Shown: positions 46,838 through 56,187, numbered from the stretch's first letter. The stretch: DNA of 64,000 nt from Bacteroidota bacterium (GCA_040386675.1 JAZKEZ010000018.1:4799-68798); one strand, 5' to 3'. Program-made: numbers and translations. The notes: a model not told the origin generated them from the letters alone.

Positions 46838-47539
46838 GTGATACCTTGGTGCATCAAATCAGCCCTCATGCTCACCTCCCTCATAGATCTCCTGTACCCG
46901 CGGATCTGTGCTTCCTGCGCAGAACCCATCCAGCCCGGCGACGATATGGTCTGCCACAGCTGCTTTTCAAAAATGGCTTTTTGTCCCTATCGTTCCGGAC
47001 AAATCCATCCTATCGAAAAAATTTTCTGGGGAAGATCGGCCGTTGCAGCAGCAACGTCATTACTGGTGTTCAGCAAGCAGGGCATCGGGCAGGAATTGCT
47101 GCACCGGCTCAAGTACAAAGGCGATCGCGAGATCGGTGTATACATGGGCAAATTACTCGGCAACCGGCTTTCAGAATACCCTGAGTTCGCAAAAGTTGAG
47201 GGCGTGATCCCGGTACCGCTTTTCGAGCGGAAGAAACAACTCCGCGGCTATAACCAGAGTGAAGTCGTGGCCGGTGGCATTGCCGAAGTCACCGGCAAAC
47301 CACTCATCACCAATTACCTGCAACGCATAGAGAACAACAGCAGCCAGACCCGCAAGGGCCGACTGGAACGCAGCGAGAATGTGCGTTCTGCATTTTCTCT
47401 CGATCCCAGGCGCTTTCCGAATGCAGAGCACCTGTTGCTTATAGACGATGTAATTACTACCGGAAGTACGCTTGAAGCCTGCATCAACCTGTTGTCCGGC
47501 AGGCACAAAGTTAGCGTGGCGACGCTGGCTTACCAGTAA
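46838..47539 (+). CDS. comF: ComF family protein (phosphoribosyltransferase domain)
   Basis: N-terminal CxxC...CxxC (CASCAEP...CHSCF) and PRT motif LLLIDDVITTGSTLEA. The start is uncertain between GTG 46838 and ATG 46868. Confidence 0.85.
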   Translation: MIPWCIKSALMLTSLIDLLYPRICASCAEPIQPGDDMVCHSCFSKMAFCPYRSGQIHPIEKIFWGRSAVAAATSLLVFSKQGIGQELLHRLKYKGDREIGVYMGKLLGNRLSEYPEFAKVEGVIPVPLFERKKQLRGYNQSEVVAGGIAEVTGKPLITNYLQRIENNSSQTRKGRLERSENVRSAFSLDPRRFPNAEHLLLIDDVITTGSTLEACINLLSGRHKVSVATLAYQ

Positions 47540-47549
47540 TGGATTTGGC

Positions 47550-47557
47550 TATCTTTG
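47550..47557 (+). promoter_or_regulatory. candidate -7 box TATCTTTG
   Basis: Exact TAnnTTTG, 6 nt upstream of ATG 47564. Confidence 0.45.
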
Positions 47558-47563
47558 CACCCT

Positions 47564-48052
47564 ATGGCTGAAAACCTTGTCATCCCCGAAACGGCTTTGC
47601 GTAAAGACATTTACGGAGCCCTGTTGCCACAGATCGAAGCGCTTGTCGGTCCGGAACAAAACAAATATGCCAACCTGGCCAACATCAGCGCAGCATTAAA
47701 GCAGGCATTCGGTTTCTTCTGGGTAGGATTTTACCTCGTGGATTCGGATAATGAACTGGTGCTCGGACCTTTCCAGGGACCAATCGCCTGTACCAGGATC
47801 CGCAAAGGAAAAGGGGTTTGCGGGACATCATGGAGCACTGCCGAAACCATCCTGGTTCCTGATGTAGAGTTGTTCCCGGGTCATATTGCCTGCAGCGCCG
47901 ATTCAAAATCGGAGATCGTGGTGCCGGTATTTGACCGTGCAGGAAACGTAGCCATGGTACTCGATGTGGATAGCAGTAACCTCGAAGATTTCTCCCCGGT
48001 TGACCAGGAATACCTGGAAAAGCTGGCTTCGTTCATTACAACGCTGCTCTGA
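47564..48052 (+). CDS. GAF domain protein (free methionine-R-sulfoxide reductase-like)
   Basis: GFYL...LVLGPFQG..ACTRI..GKGVCG...ILVPDV..FPGHIACS..S.SEIVVPV pattern. Confidence 0.87.
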   Translation: MAENLVIPETALRKDIYGALLPQIEALVGPEQNKYANLANISAALKQAFGFFWVGFYLVDSDNELVLGPFQGPIACTRIRKGKGVCGTSWSTAETILVPDVELFPGHIACSADSKSEIVVPVFDRAGNVAMVLDVDSSNLEDFSPVDQEYLEKLASFITTLL

Positions 48053-48053
48053 A

Positions 48054-49685
48054 GTGAACCTCCATCCGCTGTTCCGTTTTGCGTTTATCGCTGTTGCCGC
48101 ATTCGTGCTGCATTCGTGTGCCCGAGTGGGAAGCCCTGAAGGTGGTGAGAAAGACACCACTCCGCCCGAACTGGTGTCGCTAAAGCCGGAAAACGGAACG
48201 CTGCATTTCTCGGCAACAGAGGTGGTTCTCACCTTCAACGAATACGTGAAACTGAACAATGTGCAGCAACAGCTGGTCGTATCGCCAACGCTGGACGAAA
48301 TGCCGGAATTTAAGATCAAAAAGCGCTCGATCATCATGACGCTGAAGGATCCGCTGCTGCCTAATACGACCTATAACTTTAATTTCGGCGATGCCATCGT
48401 CGATGTGAACGAGGGAAATCCGCTGAAATCCTTTTCATACGTAGTAAGTACTGGCGATTACATCGACTCGCTGCTGATTACCGGTGTGGTGGTAAGCGCG
48501 TACACCGGCACACCTCAAAAGGATTTTACGGCCATGCTATACGATACCAGCGCAACCGACAGCACGCCTTACCTGAAAAAGCCATTGTACCTGGCCAAGA
48601 CCAACGAGCAGGGAAAATTCACCATCAAAAACTTAAAGCGTGGCGAGTACAGCCTGCTGGCCATCAACGATATCAATAAGGATTACAAGTTCCAGTCGAT
48701 AGAAGACGTGGCCTTCCTGGAAGGGAAAATCACTCCTGCTACCGATTCTAGCGATACAGATACAATAGAACTGAAAACATTCAGGGAAACCGGCGACCGT
48801 GTCCAGTTAGGAGGCAAGAAACTGGAAGATTTCAAGAAACTGATAGTCGGACTGAATCAACGCTGTAACGACTGTCAGCTGATAGAACCCGAAGGACAAT
48901 CGGTGATCTACAATCAATGGAAGGATCACGACCAGGATACACTGTTCGCGCTCTTAAAGCCGGTTGAAGGACTGGACTCGATCACTTTTTATCTTTCGTC
49001 GGATACGGGAACGGTGGACACGCTGCAGTTTTATCCGCCGAAATCCAGGAAAAAGGAGCAACTCCAGAAGAAATTCACGCTTTCGGGTACACAGCCAGAT
49101 GCCAATCAATACCTGCGGTTTACCTACGATGAACCCATCATGAACCTGGATTCCGCATCCATGATCACGCTGATGAAGTCGGACAGTAGCCTGGTTGAGG
49201 TAAAACTGTTCCAGGACAGTACAACACAAGGCGTGTATTACCTGGATTACAAACCGGCACCGCAGGAGAAAATCACCGTTTTCTGGCCCGATAGTGCGTT
49301 TATCGGCTTGTACAATTCTGCTTCTTCGGCGGATACCCTGAACCTTGAAGCACAAAAGCTGGAATACTACGGGAACCTTATCTTCACGGTAGTAAATAAC
49401 CTGAAAGACCCGGCGATCCTGGTGTTTACAGAAATCAAGGCCAATAAGGTGCAGTTCGTGGCACTTAAGCCCGGTTCTAATAAGCTGGCCTTCCCGGGAC
49501 TTGCGCCGTCTTCGTTTACGGCCGCGGTGATCGTGGATAAGAATGGAAACGGGATTTGGGATACCGGGAGCTACCTGAAAAAGAAACAGGCAGAAACGGT
49601 GCTTCAGTACAAGGAACCGATCCAGGTGCGTTCCAATTGGGACCTGGAACTAGAGTGGATCCTGCTGGAACCCAAGACGGAATAG
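48054..49685 (+). CDS. Ig-like domain-containing lipoprotein
   Basis: GTG at 48054, 1 nt after the GAF stop. Lipobox FVLHSC. The SPEGGEKDTTPPELVS...F.EYVKL N-terminus is typical of Big_5-type proteins. Confidence 0.78.
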   Translation: MNLHPLFRFAFIAVAAFVLHSCARVGSPEGGEKDTTPPELVSLKPENGTLHFSATEVVLTFNEYVKLNNVQQQLVVSPTLDEMPEFKIKKRSIIMTLKDPLLPNTTYNFNFGDAIVDVNEGNPLKSFSYVVSTGDYIDSLLITGVVVSAYTGTPQKDFTAMLYDTSATDSTPYLKKPLYLAKTNEQGKFTIKNLKRGEYSLLAINDINKDYKFQSIEDVAFLEGKITPATDSSDTDTIELKTFRETGDRVQLGGKKLEDFKKLIVGLNQRCNDCQLIEPEGQSVIYNQWKDHDQDTLFALLKPVEGLDSITFYLSSDTGTVDTLQFYPPKSRKKEQLQKKFTLSGTQPDANQYLRFTYDEPIMNLDSASMITLMKSDSSLVEVKLFQDSTTQGVYYLDYKPAPQEKITVFWPDSAFIGLYNSASSADTLNLEAQKLEYYGNLIFTVVNNLKDPAILVFTEIKANKVQFVALKPGSNKLAFPGLAPSSFTAAVIVDKNGNGIWDTGSYLKKKQAETVLQYKEPIQVRSNWDLELEWILLEPKTE

Positions 49686-50444
49686 ATCGGCGTCTTTTAA
49701 CACCGGGAACTTTTCGCGGAAATCCATCAGCTTGTCTTTATCGAGATGCGCCGAAAAAACGCCCTCTGCATCGGTTGGCTCAACAAGGTATTCACCGTAC
49801 GGATCAATCACAGCCGACTGGCCGTTGTAAGGCATTCCGTTATCGTCGTTACCGGTACGGTTCACCCCGATCACATAACACTGGTTTTCTATGGCCCGCG
49901 CCACAAGCAGCCTGCTCCAGGCGTTAATTCTCGGCTCCGGCCAGTTGGCCACATAGATCAGCAGGTCGTAGGCATTTGCTGCCGAATTGCGTGTGAACAC
50001 CGGGAAGCGCAGATCGTAACATACCTGCAGACTTATCTTCCATCCTTTCAGCATGACTTCAGTACGCTGTTCACCAGCTGAGTAAAAATTTTGCTCACCA
50101 GCCAGGGTAAATAAGTGGCGCTTATCGTAGGTATTGATTTCTCCCGAAGATTTTACGAAAACAAAGCGGTTGTAAAACGCCCCGTTCTCTGTAATAACCA
50201 GTGAACCGCCAATGGCAGTATCCAGTTCGCGGGCGGTTTTTACCATCCAGCTCACCGCTTCGCCGTCCATTTCCTGCGCAACTTTGGCCGGCTGCATGGT
50301 GAAGCCGGAGGTAAACATCTCTGGCAGCACCCATAGGTCGCTCGGCTGACCGCTCCGGATTAGGTTGTCGAAGTGAGTAATATTCGCTGCAGGATCTTGC
50401 CAATGCAGCGGCGATTGAAGGAGAGAGACTTTAAGAGGAAGCAT
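49650..50444 (-). CDS. carbon-nitrogen hydrolase family amidohydrolase (YafV / omega-amidase-like)
   Basis: Catalytic triad context LPEMF (Glu), Lys, and QVCYDLRFP (Cys). 264 aa. Confidence 0.9.
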   Translation of the reverse strand: MLPLKVSLLQSPLHWQDPAANITHFDNLIRSGQPSDLWVLPEMFTSGFTMQPAKVAQEMDGEAVSWMVKTARELDTAIGGSLVITENGAFYNRFVFVKSSGEINTYDKRHLFTLAGEQNFYSAGEQRTEVMLKGWKISLQVCYDLRFPVFTRNSAANAYDLLIYVANWPEPRINAWSRLLVARAIENQCYVIGVNRTGNDDNGMPYNGQSAVIDPYGEYLVEPTDAEGVFSAHLDKDKLMDFREKFPVLKDADLFRLGFQQDPL

Positions 50445-50467
50445 GGGGTGTTGTGTTAATCTTTCTT

Positions 50468-51622
50468 TTACAGTTTATTCAAGATCTCCGCTGCCTTTTC
50501 CAGCGTTTCTTCGCCTTTCGCAAAGCAAAAGCGCAGCAACCGGCTTCCCGGATCTGTAGGGTAAAATACCGAGATTGGAATCGCAGCCAGTTTATGTTTT
50601 ATGGTGAGTTCTTCGGCGTATTCTACATCGGTTTTATCGCTCAGCGCGCTGTAATCGAGCAATTGGAAATACGTTCCGCGTGCCGGGGTAAACGTCAGTC
50701 TGGATGCTCCTACGGCGCTGGCAAAGAAATCGCGCTTGTCCTGGTAGAAGTTGTTCAGCGAAAGATAGCGCTCTTCGTCTTTCAAAAACTCCGCAAGCGC
50801 AACCTGTACAGGTGTATTTGCTGAGAAAACATTGAACTGGTGGACCTTCCTGAATTCATTCATTAACTCCTGCGGGGCAATGATATAGCCCATTTTCCAG
50901 CCGGTATTGTGAAAGGTCTTCCCGAAAGAAGAAACCACAAGCGACCGTTCGGCCAGTTTGGGAAAGCGAGACACCGAAAGGTGCTGCTGTCCGTCGAACA
51001 CGATGTGCTCGTATACTTCATCGCTCAACACGATGATATTGCTATCTTCTGTGATCTTTTCCAGTTCGCGCATGTCCTCCATGTTCAATACCGCACCGGT
51101 AGGATTATGTGGGGTATTGAGGACGATCATCCGGGTTTTTGGATTCACCAGCCGGCGAACTTCGGTCCAGTCGATTGAAAAATCAGGTTGCTTAAGGGTG
51201 ACGTGAACGGTTTTTCCGCCGGCAAGGTCAATAGCAGGCTCGTAGCAGTCGTAAGCAGGAGAGAAGATGATGACCTCATCGTCTTGACGGATAAGCGCTG
51301 TAATGGCCGTGAAAATCGCCTGTGTGGCACCTGAAGTGATGGTAATCTCGGTGAGTGGAGCGTAGCTCGCTCCGTACAACTTCTCAGTCTTGGCGGCAAT
51401 GATCTCGCGTAGTGCAGGAACACCCGCCAGCGGCGCATACTGATTGTGTCCGTCGCTCATCGCTTTGTTCACCAGGCGGATCAATTCCGGATCACAGTGA
51501 AAATCAGGAAATCCCTGTGCAAGGTTAATGGCGCCGTGCTCATTGGCCAATGCGCTCATTTTCGCAAAAATGCTGACCCCGGTTAAAGGAAGTTTTGATT
51601 CGGTACTTACTGCTGATCTCAT
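50468..51622 (-). CDS. class I/II aminotransferase (YbdL / methionine aminotransferase-like)
   Basis: INLAQGFPDF, NTPHNPTG, and PLP lysine in SFGKTFHNTGWKMGY. Confidence 0.92.
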   Translation of the reverse strand: MRSAVSTESKLPLTGVSIFAKMSALANEHGAINLAQGFPDFHCDPELIRLVNKAMSDGHNQYAPLAGVPALREIIAAKTEKLYGASYAPLTEITITSGATQAIFTAITALIRQDDEVIIFSPAYDCYEPAIDLAGGKTVHVTLKQPDFSIDWTEVRRLVNPKTRMIVLNTPHNPTGAVLNMEDMRELEKITEDSNIIVLSDEVYEHIVFDGQQHLSVSRFPKLAERSLVVSSFGKTFHNTGWKMGYIIAPQELMNEFRKVHQFNVFSANTPVQVALAEFLKDEERYLSLNNFYQDKRDFFASAVGASRLTFTPARGTYFQLLDYSALSDKTDVEYAEELTIKHKLAAIPISVFYPTDPGSRLLRFCFAKGEETLEKAAEILNKL

Positions 51623-51662
51623 AGTTGAATTCCTGATTGGTAGTGCAATTTCAGGAATTTTG

Positions 51663-51723
51663 CCGAAATAGTATTCAAAAAAAGGCCCCCGTATCGGAGG
51701 CCTTTTTTTGAATACTATTTCGG
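51663..51723. terminator. 61-nt near-perfect palindrome / bidirectional terminator
   Basis: Arms CCGAAATAGTATTCAAAAAAAGGCC (51663-51687) and GGCCTTTTTTTGAATACTATTTCGG (51699-51723) are perfect 25-mers. The right arm contains the last codons and the stop of the 51715-52851 gene. Confidence 0.85.
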
Positions 51724-52851
51724 AGTTGACTTCTTCTTTTTGCTGTCTTTCTCGTTTTTGCTCTTGTCGTCTTTCGAAGACTTGTCTTTCTTGTCTTTTT
51801 TGTCCGACTTACTGTCCTTGTCTCCGGCAGCAGCTTTATCGCCGGTCTTGCCTATTGAGATCTCAGATTTCTCGTCTTCTTTCGACTTCTTGTCTTTCTT
51901 ATCAGACTTGTCTTTTTTATCCTTCTTCTCTGATTTAGCCTCAGGAGCCTCGTCCTTCTTCCTTTTCTCTGTTCCGGCACCGCCAAATTTACGGCTGGAG
52001 TATACGGCGCCTTTATCAGTTACCTTAATAACTCCCTGGTCAGGATTAAGCAGTGATTCCGGAAGTTCTGCGCCGATCATTTCTTTCGGTACTTTTTCTT
52101 CTTTCAGCACTTCTTTGGGTGTATTTTTTTCAGCTTGGCGAAGTGAATCGGCAATGGCACCGGCAAGTTCACCGGTCGGATCATCTGTGTTGAAGGTCGG
52201 TGGCATCAGTACACCAAGTGCCAGGTCGGTTTCACCGCGGCCCCAATCCGGTTCCGAAATGTAGCGGCCCTGCGGACGGTCCTGGAATAGCAATCTTGCG
52301 CTCTTGTAATAACGTAGAGTGATTTTCTTTCCGGCTTCAGAAGTATCGCCTTCAGACCAAAGTCCTTTCAGGTAATAATAGCGTGGATTTCCCTGGTCCA
52401 GTTTATACACCTGGTCCATGTACCATTTGTAATCGGTACCGTATTTGGCTTGACGTGTTGCCGGAGCGATATCGATGCGTTGTTTCAGCATCCATGCGCG
52501 AAGAAGGTACAGTTCAGGATTTTCCTTGATGAACATTTCGGCACGGTCAATCAGGCGCTCCACCTCATCGAGGATCACATCTTTCTGACCGGTTGAGTCG
52601 ATCTCTGCCTTACGCAGGTTCGCCATAGCCTCCCAGTAATACCCGCGCCATTCGCGTGGATATTTTGCAGAGATCTGTTTCACATTTGGAAGAATGGCCG
52701 CATAGGCGATTGCTCCTACAGAATCAACTGTACTAAGCAACGGTGCCAGTTCCTTCTCAAATTTCGGATCTACCCTGTATGGATCAAACTCACCTGCAAG
52801 CAGGGTGGTAGATACCAAAACAGTCAGAATTGCAGACAGAATGATTTTCAT
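51715..52851 (-). CDS. hypothetical secreted protein with helical N-domain and highly charged Lys/Asp/Ser C-terminal tail
   Basis: Signal peptide MKIILSAILTVLVSTTLLAG. The final approx 95 aa are KKDKKDKSDKKDKKSKEDEKSE...-type low complexity. Confidence 0.7.
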   Translation of the reverse strand: MKIILSAILTVLVSTTLLAGEFDPYRVDPKFEKELAPLLSTVDSVGAIAYAAILPNVKQISAKYPREWRGYYWEAMANLRKAEIDSTGQKDVILDEVERLIDRAEMFIKENPELYLLRAWMLKQRIDIAPATRQAKYGTDYKWYMDQVYKLDQGNPRYYYLKGLWSEGDTSEAGKKITLRYYKSARLLFQDRPQGRYISEPDWGRGETDLALGVLMPPTFNTDDPTGELAGAIADSLRQAEKNTPKEVLKEEKVPKEMIGAELPESLLNPDQGVIKVTDKGAVYSSRKFGGAGTEKRKKDEAPEAKSEKKDKKDKSDKKDKKSKEDEKSEISIGKTGDKAAAGDKDSKSDKKDKKDKSSKDDKSKNEKDSKKKKSTPK

Positions 52852-53002
52852 TGAATAGTATAAACGGGGCTAAAATTAAAAAATACCGGCACACCTTCGG
52901 AGAGACAGGGCAAATTAATTATAAGCCCTGTCAGTACTGAAGATTGTATAACAATGAGTTATGGTAGTGTTACCGGGGGTAAACGAAGGTATTCGGTTAA
53001 AA

Positions 53003-54319
53003 TTATTCAGCCGTTCCTGAATCGTCGGAAGGCTCTTTCATGTCGATACTGTTCAGTTCTTCCATCAAAGCATCCTTCATTTTCATGTATTCGGCCTTGC
53101 TTTTCGGATTTACCGGGGTATAAGTGGCAAATTTTTCTTTCAGGTGATTGACCTGTGTCCCGTTTTTCCAGTACCTGAAACACACGTGCGGACCGGTAGA
53201 AAGTCCGGTGCTTCCAACGTAACCGATCACCTGTCCCTGGCTTACTTTTTTGCCCGGGCGTATTCCTGCACCAAAGCGGCTCATGTGGAGATATTGGGTG
53301 ATCACGTTCGAGCTGTGTTTCACTTTCACGTAGTTTCCGTTGAAGGTAGAATAGCGGGCTTCCTGGATCACCCCGTCGCCAATGGTCATGATCGGGGTTC
53401 CTTTTGGCGCTGCATAGTCGGTTCCCAAATGCGCCTTGAACCGCTTCTGCACCGGGTGAAAGCGGCGTTGGGTATATCCTGAGGTCAGTCGGCCGAATTT
53501 AAGCGGGGATTTCAGGAAGGCCTTGCGCTGACTGTTTCCTTTCTCATCAAAATACGATGCTTTGCCATCGGCTTCGTAACGGAAACCGAAGTAGTTCTGT
53601 CCCTCGTGGTTGAATTGTGCGGCAATGATCTTTTCGATCCCAACTGATTCACCGTCAACGACTTTCTCTTCGAAAACCAGTTTGTAATAATCGCCTTTGT
53701 GTACGCGGTAAAAGTCGATGCTTGAAGCAAAGATCTCAGCAAGTTCTACCGCCGTCTGCGCGCTAAGGTTGTTTTCGGTCATCGATCCGAACAGCGACGA
53801 AGTAACGGTTCCTGCGGCAAGCCTGCGGATGATTTTCATTTCCTTGCGGCCTTCATATACTTTGTTGGCCGGACGTTCGCTGAAATCGAAAATCACAAAT
53901 TGAACGGGACTCGCTTCGTATACCAGGTACTTCAGCACGTTGGTGGTGTCTTTTTCTTCGTACACCACGCGATACGGTTTGCCCTGAGCAAACTGTCTCA
54001 CGTTAAAAAAGGGTTTGGCCTGCTGGACGAGTGCAAAAACTTCATCAAAGGTGATCCCGAACGGCGATACCATATCCGCGAAGATCTGTCCCTTCCCGAT
54101 GATCTTTTCTTCTACGGTGAAGGGATCGACACGAAGACCGTACATGTAGACCGGAACGGTCTTTTTGGCTTCCTGCTGCGCACCGAGCAGCGCATCGATT
54201 TCCTGCTGTTTGCGTATTCTCCGGTTACGGATGTACGAGCTTAACGACGCTGCACCAATGATCACTGCAAGAATGACCAGTACGGTTATGATGAATTTTT
54301 TGTTTTTGAATCTCTGCAT
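53003..54319 (-). CDS. M23 family metallopeptidase
   Basis: HLGTDYAAP and HMS...GSTGLSTGPHVCF motifs. ATG at 54319 gives MQRFKNKKFIITVLVILAVIIG (TM anchor). Confidence 0.9.
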   Translation of the reverse strand: MQRFKNKKFIITVLVILAVIIGAASLSSYIRNRRIRKQQEIDALLGAQQEAKKTVPVYMYGLRVDPFTVEEKIIGKGQIFADMVSPFGITFDEVFALVQQAKPFFNVRQFAQGKPYRVVYEEKDTTNVLKYLVYEASPVQFVIFDFSERPANKVYEGRKEMKIIRRLAAGTVTSSLFGSMTENNLSAQTAVELAEIFASSIDFYRVHKGDYYKLVFEEKVVDGESVGIEKIIAAQFNHEGQNYFGFRYEADGKASYFDEKGNSQRKAFLKSPLKFGRLTSGYTQRRFHPVQKRFKAHLGTDYAAPKGTPIMTIGDGVIQEARYSTFNGNYVKVKHSSNVITQYLHMSRFGAGIRPGKKVSQGQVIGYVGSTGLSTGPHVCFRYWKNGTQVNHLKEKFATYTPVNPKSKAEYMKMKDALMEELNSIDMKEPSDDSGTAE

Positions 54320-54334
54320 TCCTATCCTCCGCCT

Positions 54335-54342
54335 CAAAGTTA
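54335..54342 (-). promoter_or_regulatory. candidate -7 box TAACTTTG for the M23 peptidase gene
   Basis: Exact TAnnTTTG on the minus strand, 15 nt upstream of ATG 54319. Confidence 0.4.
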
Positions 54343-54381
54343 CCCCTTAAGGAAGGGTTGAAAAATCAATCTGTATAGAAG

Positions 54382-55314
54382 TTATTCACGATTTTTTCCC
54401 CAATTCGCTAACTCTTCTTCCGACCAGAGGGAAGGGTAGAAAATGCGGAGCTGGAATCTCGGAGGAAGGTATTTCTGCCAGTTGGTACCGCCGGTCGCCG
54501 CAATGTCGGCCGGTGAACGTTCCAGGTAACGAACCGCTGATTTATAGTGCATTAACGGCCAGTTTACATTCACATTCAGGTCGAGCTGGCGAAGCTCTTT
54601 GATCAGCTCTTCGTTTTCGCCTTCGCGGTCTATGGCGCGCAAAGCAAGTCCAAACAGGTTATTTCCTTTTAGTTTGATGGCAGTATTCAACAGGTGCTCG
54701 CCGTATTTTTCCTCGAACTGGAGCAGCGTAAGTGTCTTTTTTCCTGAAGCGAGTTCGGTAGCACCGCGTTTCCAGTAGATCTGTCCGAAAAGTTCGTCGA
54801 TGTTGTCGGTGCCTCTGAACGAATCGCGTTGCTCGTGGTGAACCAGGTTGCGGAAATCGGTCGCATAGATCTCGATGGTCCGGTACTGCGCCGACTGGAA
54901 TCCGCTTGCAGGCAACAGCGACATCCTGAATTTCAGGAACTGGTCTTTGTCCATTCCCTGGACCATGATATCAAAAGAGCTGATCAGTGCTTTAAAGTAC
55001 TGGTTTATCCTGCGGGTGCGCTCGAGGATAAAGCTGATCGGGTGCTCATCGCCATTCACCAATTGTTTCAGCTCATGAAGACAGAGCTTGAAATACAGTT
55101 CGGTGATCTGGTGGTACATGATGAAGATCTCCTCATCGGGAAAGCTGGTTCGCGGAGTTTGTAGGCTCAACAGGGTATCCAGGTGAATGTAATCCCAATA
55201 CGTAAGATAATCTGCATAAAGCAAACCATCCAAATACGATTTGAGGTCCTGGCCGCTGGCCGCGAATTTTTCCTCGAGCAGGGTCACTTTTTCCAGTAAT
55301 TCGGGCGTCATCAT
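54382..55314 (-). CDS. kynA: tryptophan 2,3-dioxygenase
   Basis: YWDYIHLDTLLSLQ and IMYHQITELYFKL blocks. The start is trimmed to MMTPELLEK because the upstream 19 codons are encoded by a terminator hairpin. Confidence 0.88.
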   Translation of the reverse strand: MMTPELLEKVTLLEEKFAASGQDLKSYLDGLLYADYLTYWDYIHLDTLLSLQTPRTSFPDEEIFIMYHQITELYFKLCLHELKQLVNGDEHPISFILERTRRINQYFKALISSFDIMVQGMDKDQFLKFRMSLLPASGFQSAQYRTIEIYATDFRNLVHHEQRDSFRGTDNIDELFGQIYWKRGATELASGKKTLTLLQFEEKYGEHLLNTAIKLKGNNLFGLALRAIDREGENEELIKELRQLDLNVNVNWPLMHYKSAVRYLERSPADIAATGGTNWQKYLPPRFQLRIFYPSLWSEEELANWGKNRE

Positions 55315-55339
55315 TTCCGGATTTTTTGGCGTTTGGTTA

Positions 55340-55373
55340 CAAAAATGCGGAAGCAGGTATTGCTTCCGCATTT
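55340..55373 (-). terminator. minus-strand Rho-independent terminator after the DUF3108 gene
   Basis: On the minus strand: AATGCGGAAGCA-ATACC-TGCTTCCGCATT (perfect 12 bp) followed by T5. Confidence 0.82.
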
Positions 55374-55392
55374 GAATTAAAAGGCAGCTAAA

Positions 55393-56187
55393 TTATTTAA
55401 TTTTTGCCAGACCGCTGGCCAGTCCTTTAGCCGACGTAAGTTCCATTTTGATCGAACCTACCAGTACTTCGGCCCGGGCAAGCACCAGGATCTTATTGTC
55501 GTCGTCACTGATGTACACCACCAGGTCTTCTTCTTTCTTGAACACGCGTCCCTTTTGTACCACCGGTACAAATTTCAGGCAGCGGTAGGTCCCGTTTCGT
55601 ATCGTCACGTTTTCCCTGCCCATGAATTTGATCTTCTGCGGAAAGGTCTCATCGTCGATGAACGTGGTCACGGTAATGGTTTCACCGGGTTTTGCATTCC
55701 GCATGTCGAACGTACGGGCATAGTAAAATGCCGAAAGCATATCCTGTGCATACTCAGCCGTGGTGAATTTCTGGCCTTCGCCATTATCCACCAGTTTTTT
55801 GTGGTGATAGAACAGGTAATCCTGCGATTTCTTGTATCCGCCTTCGTCAATCCTCCGGTAGAACATCCACGGAAAAACCCCGTCTGCATCGATGTAACTC
55901 TCGTAACGGTCGCGCACCTTAAAGAAAAAGTTGAACGTTCCCTGGGTCTGACCGGTCCCGATAATGCGAAGCAGCGGCTGACCAAACGCCAGCTTGTCGG
56001 TTGCCTCAACCTTCAGGGTCGCGGTACCCGCATTCAGCAGTCCGTAGTGAAGTACATAACTTACTTCCTCCCCGGCTTTAAAAGCGGTGTTCTTGATCCT
56101 GCGCAATTCAGCAGGTTTCTTGTCCTGTGCAGCGGTCACCAGGGATAGTCCCATAACGACCAGGACTGCGAAGATTTTAGTTTTCAT
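55393..56187 (-). CDS. DUF3108 domain-containing protein
   Basis: Signal peptide MKTKIFAVLVVMGLSLVTAAQ (ATG 56187). Beta-rich sequence of the size and pattern recalled for DUF3108. Confidence 0.7.
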   Translation of the reverse strand: MKTKIFAVLVVMGLSLVTAAQDKKPAELRRIKNTAFKAGEEVSYVLHYGLLNAGTATLKVEATDKLAFGQPLLRIIGTGQTQGTFNFFFKVRDRYESYIDADGVFPWMFYRRIDEGGYKKSQDYLFYHHKKLVDNGEGQKFTTAEYAQDMLSAFYYARTFDMRNAKPGETITVTTFIDDETFPQKIKFMGRENVTIRNGTYRCLKFVPVVQKGRVFKKEEDLVVYISDDDNKILVLARAEVLVGSIKMELTSAKGLASGLAKIK

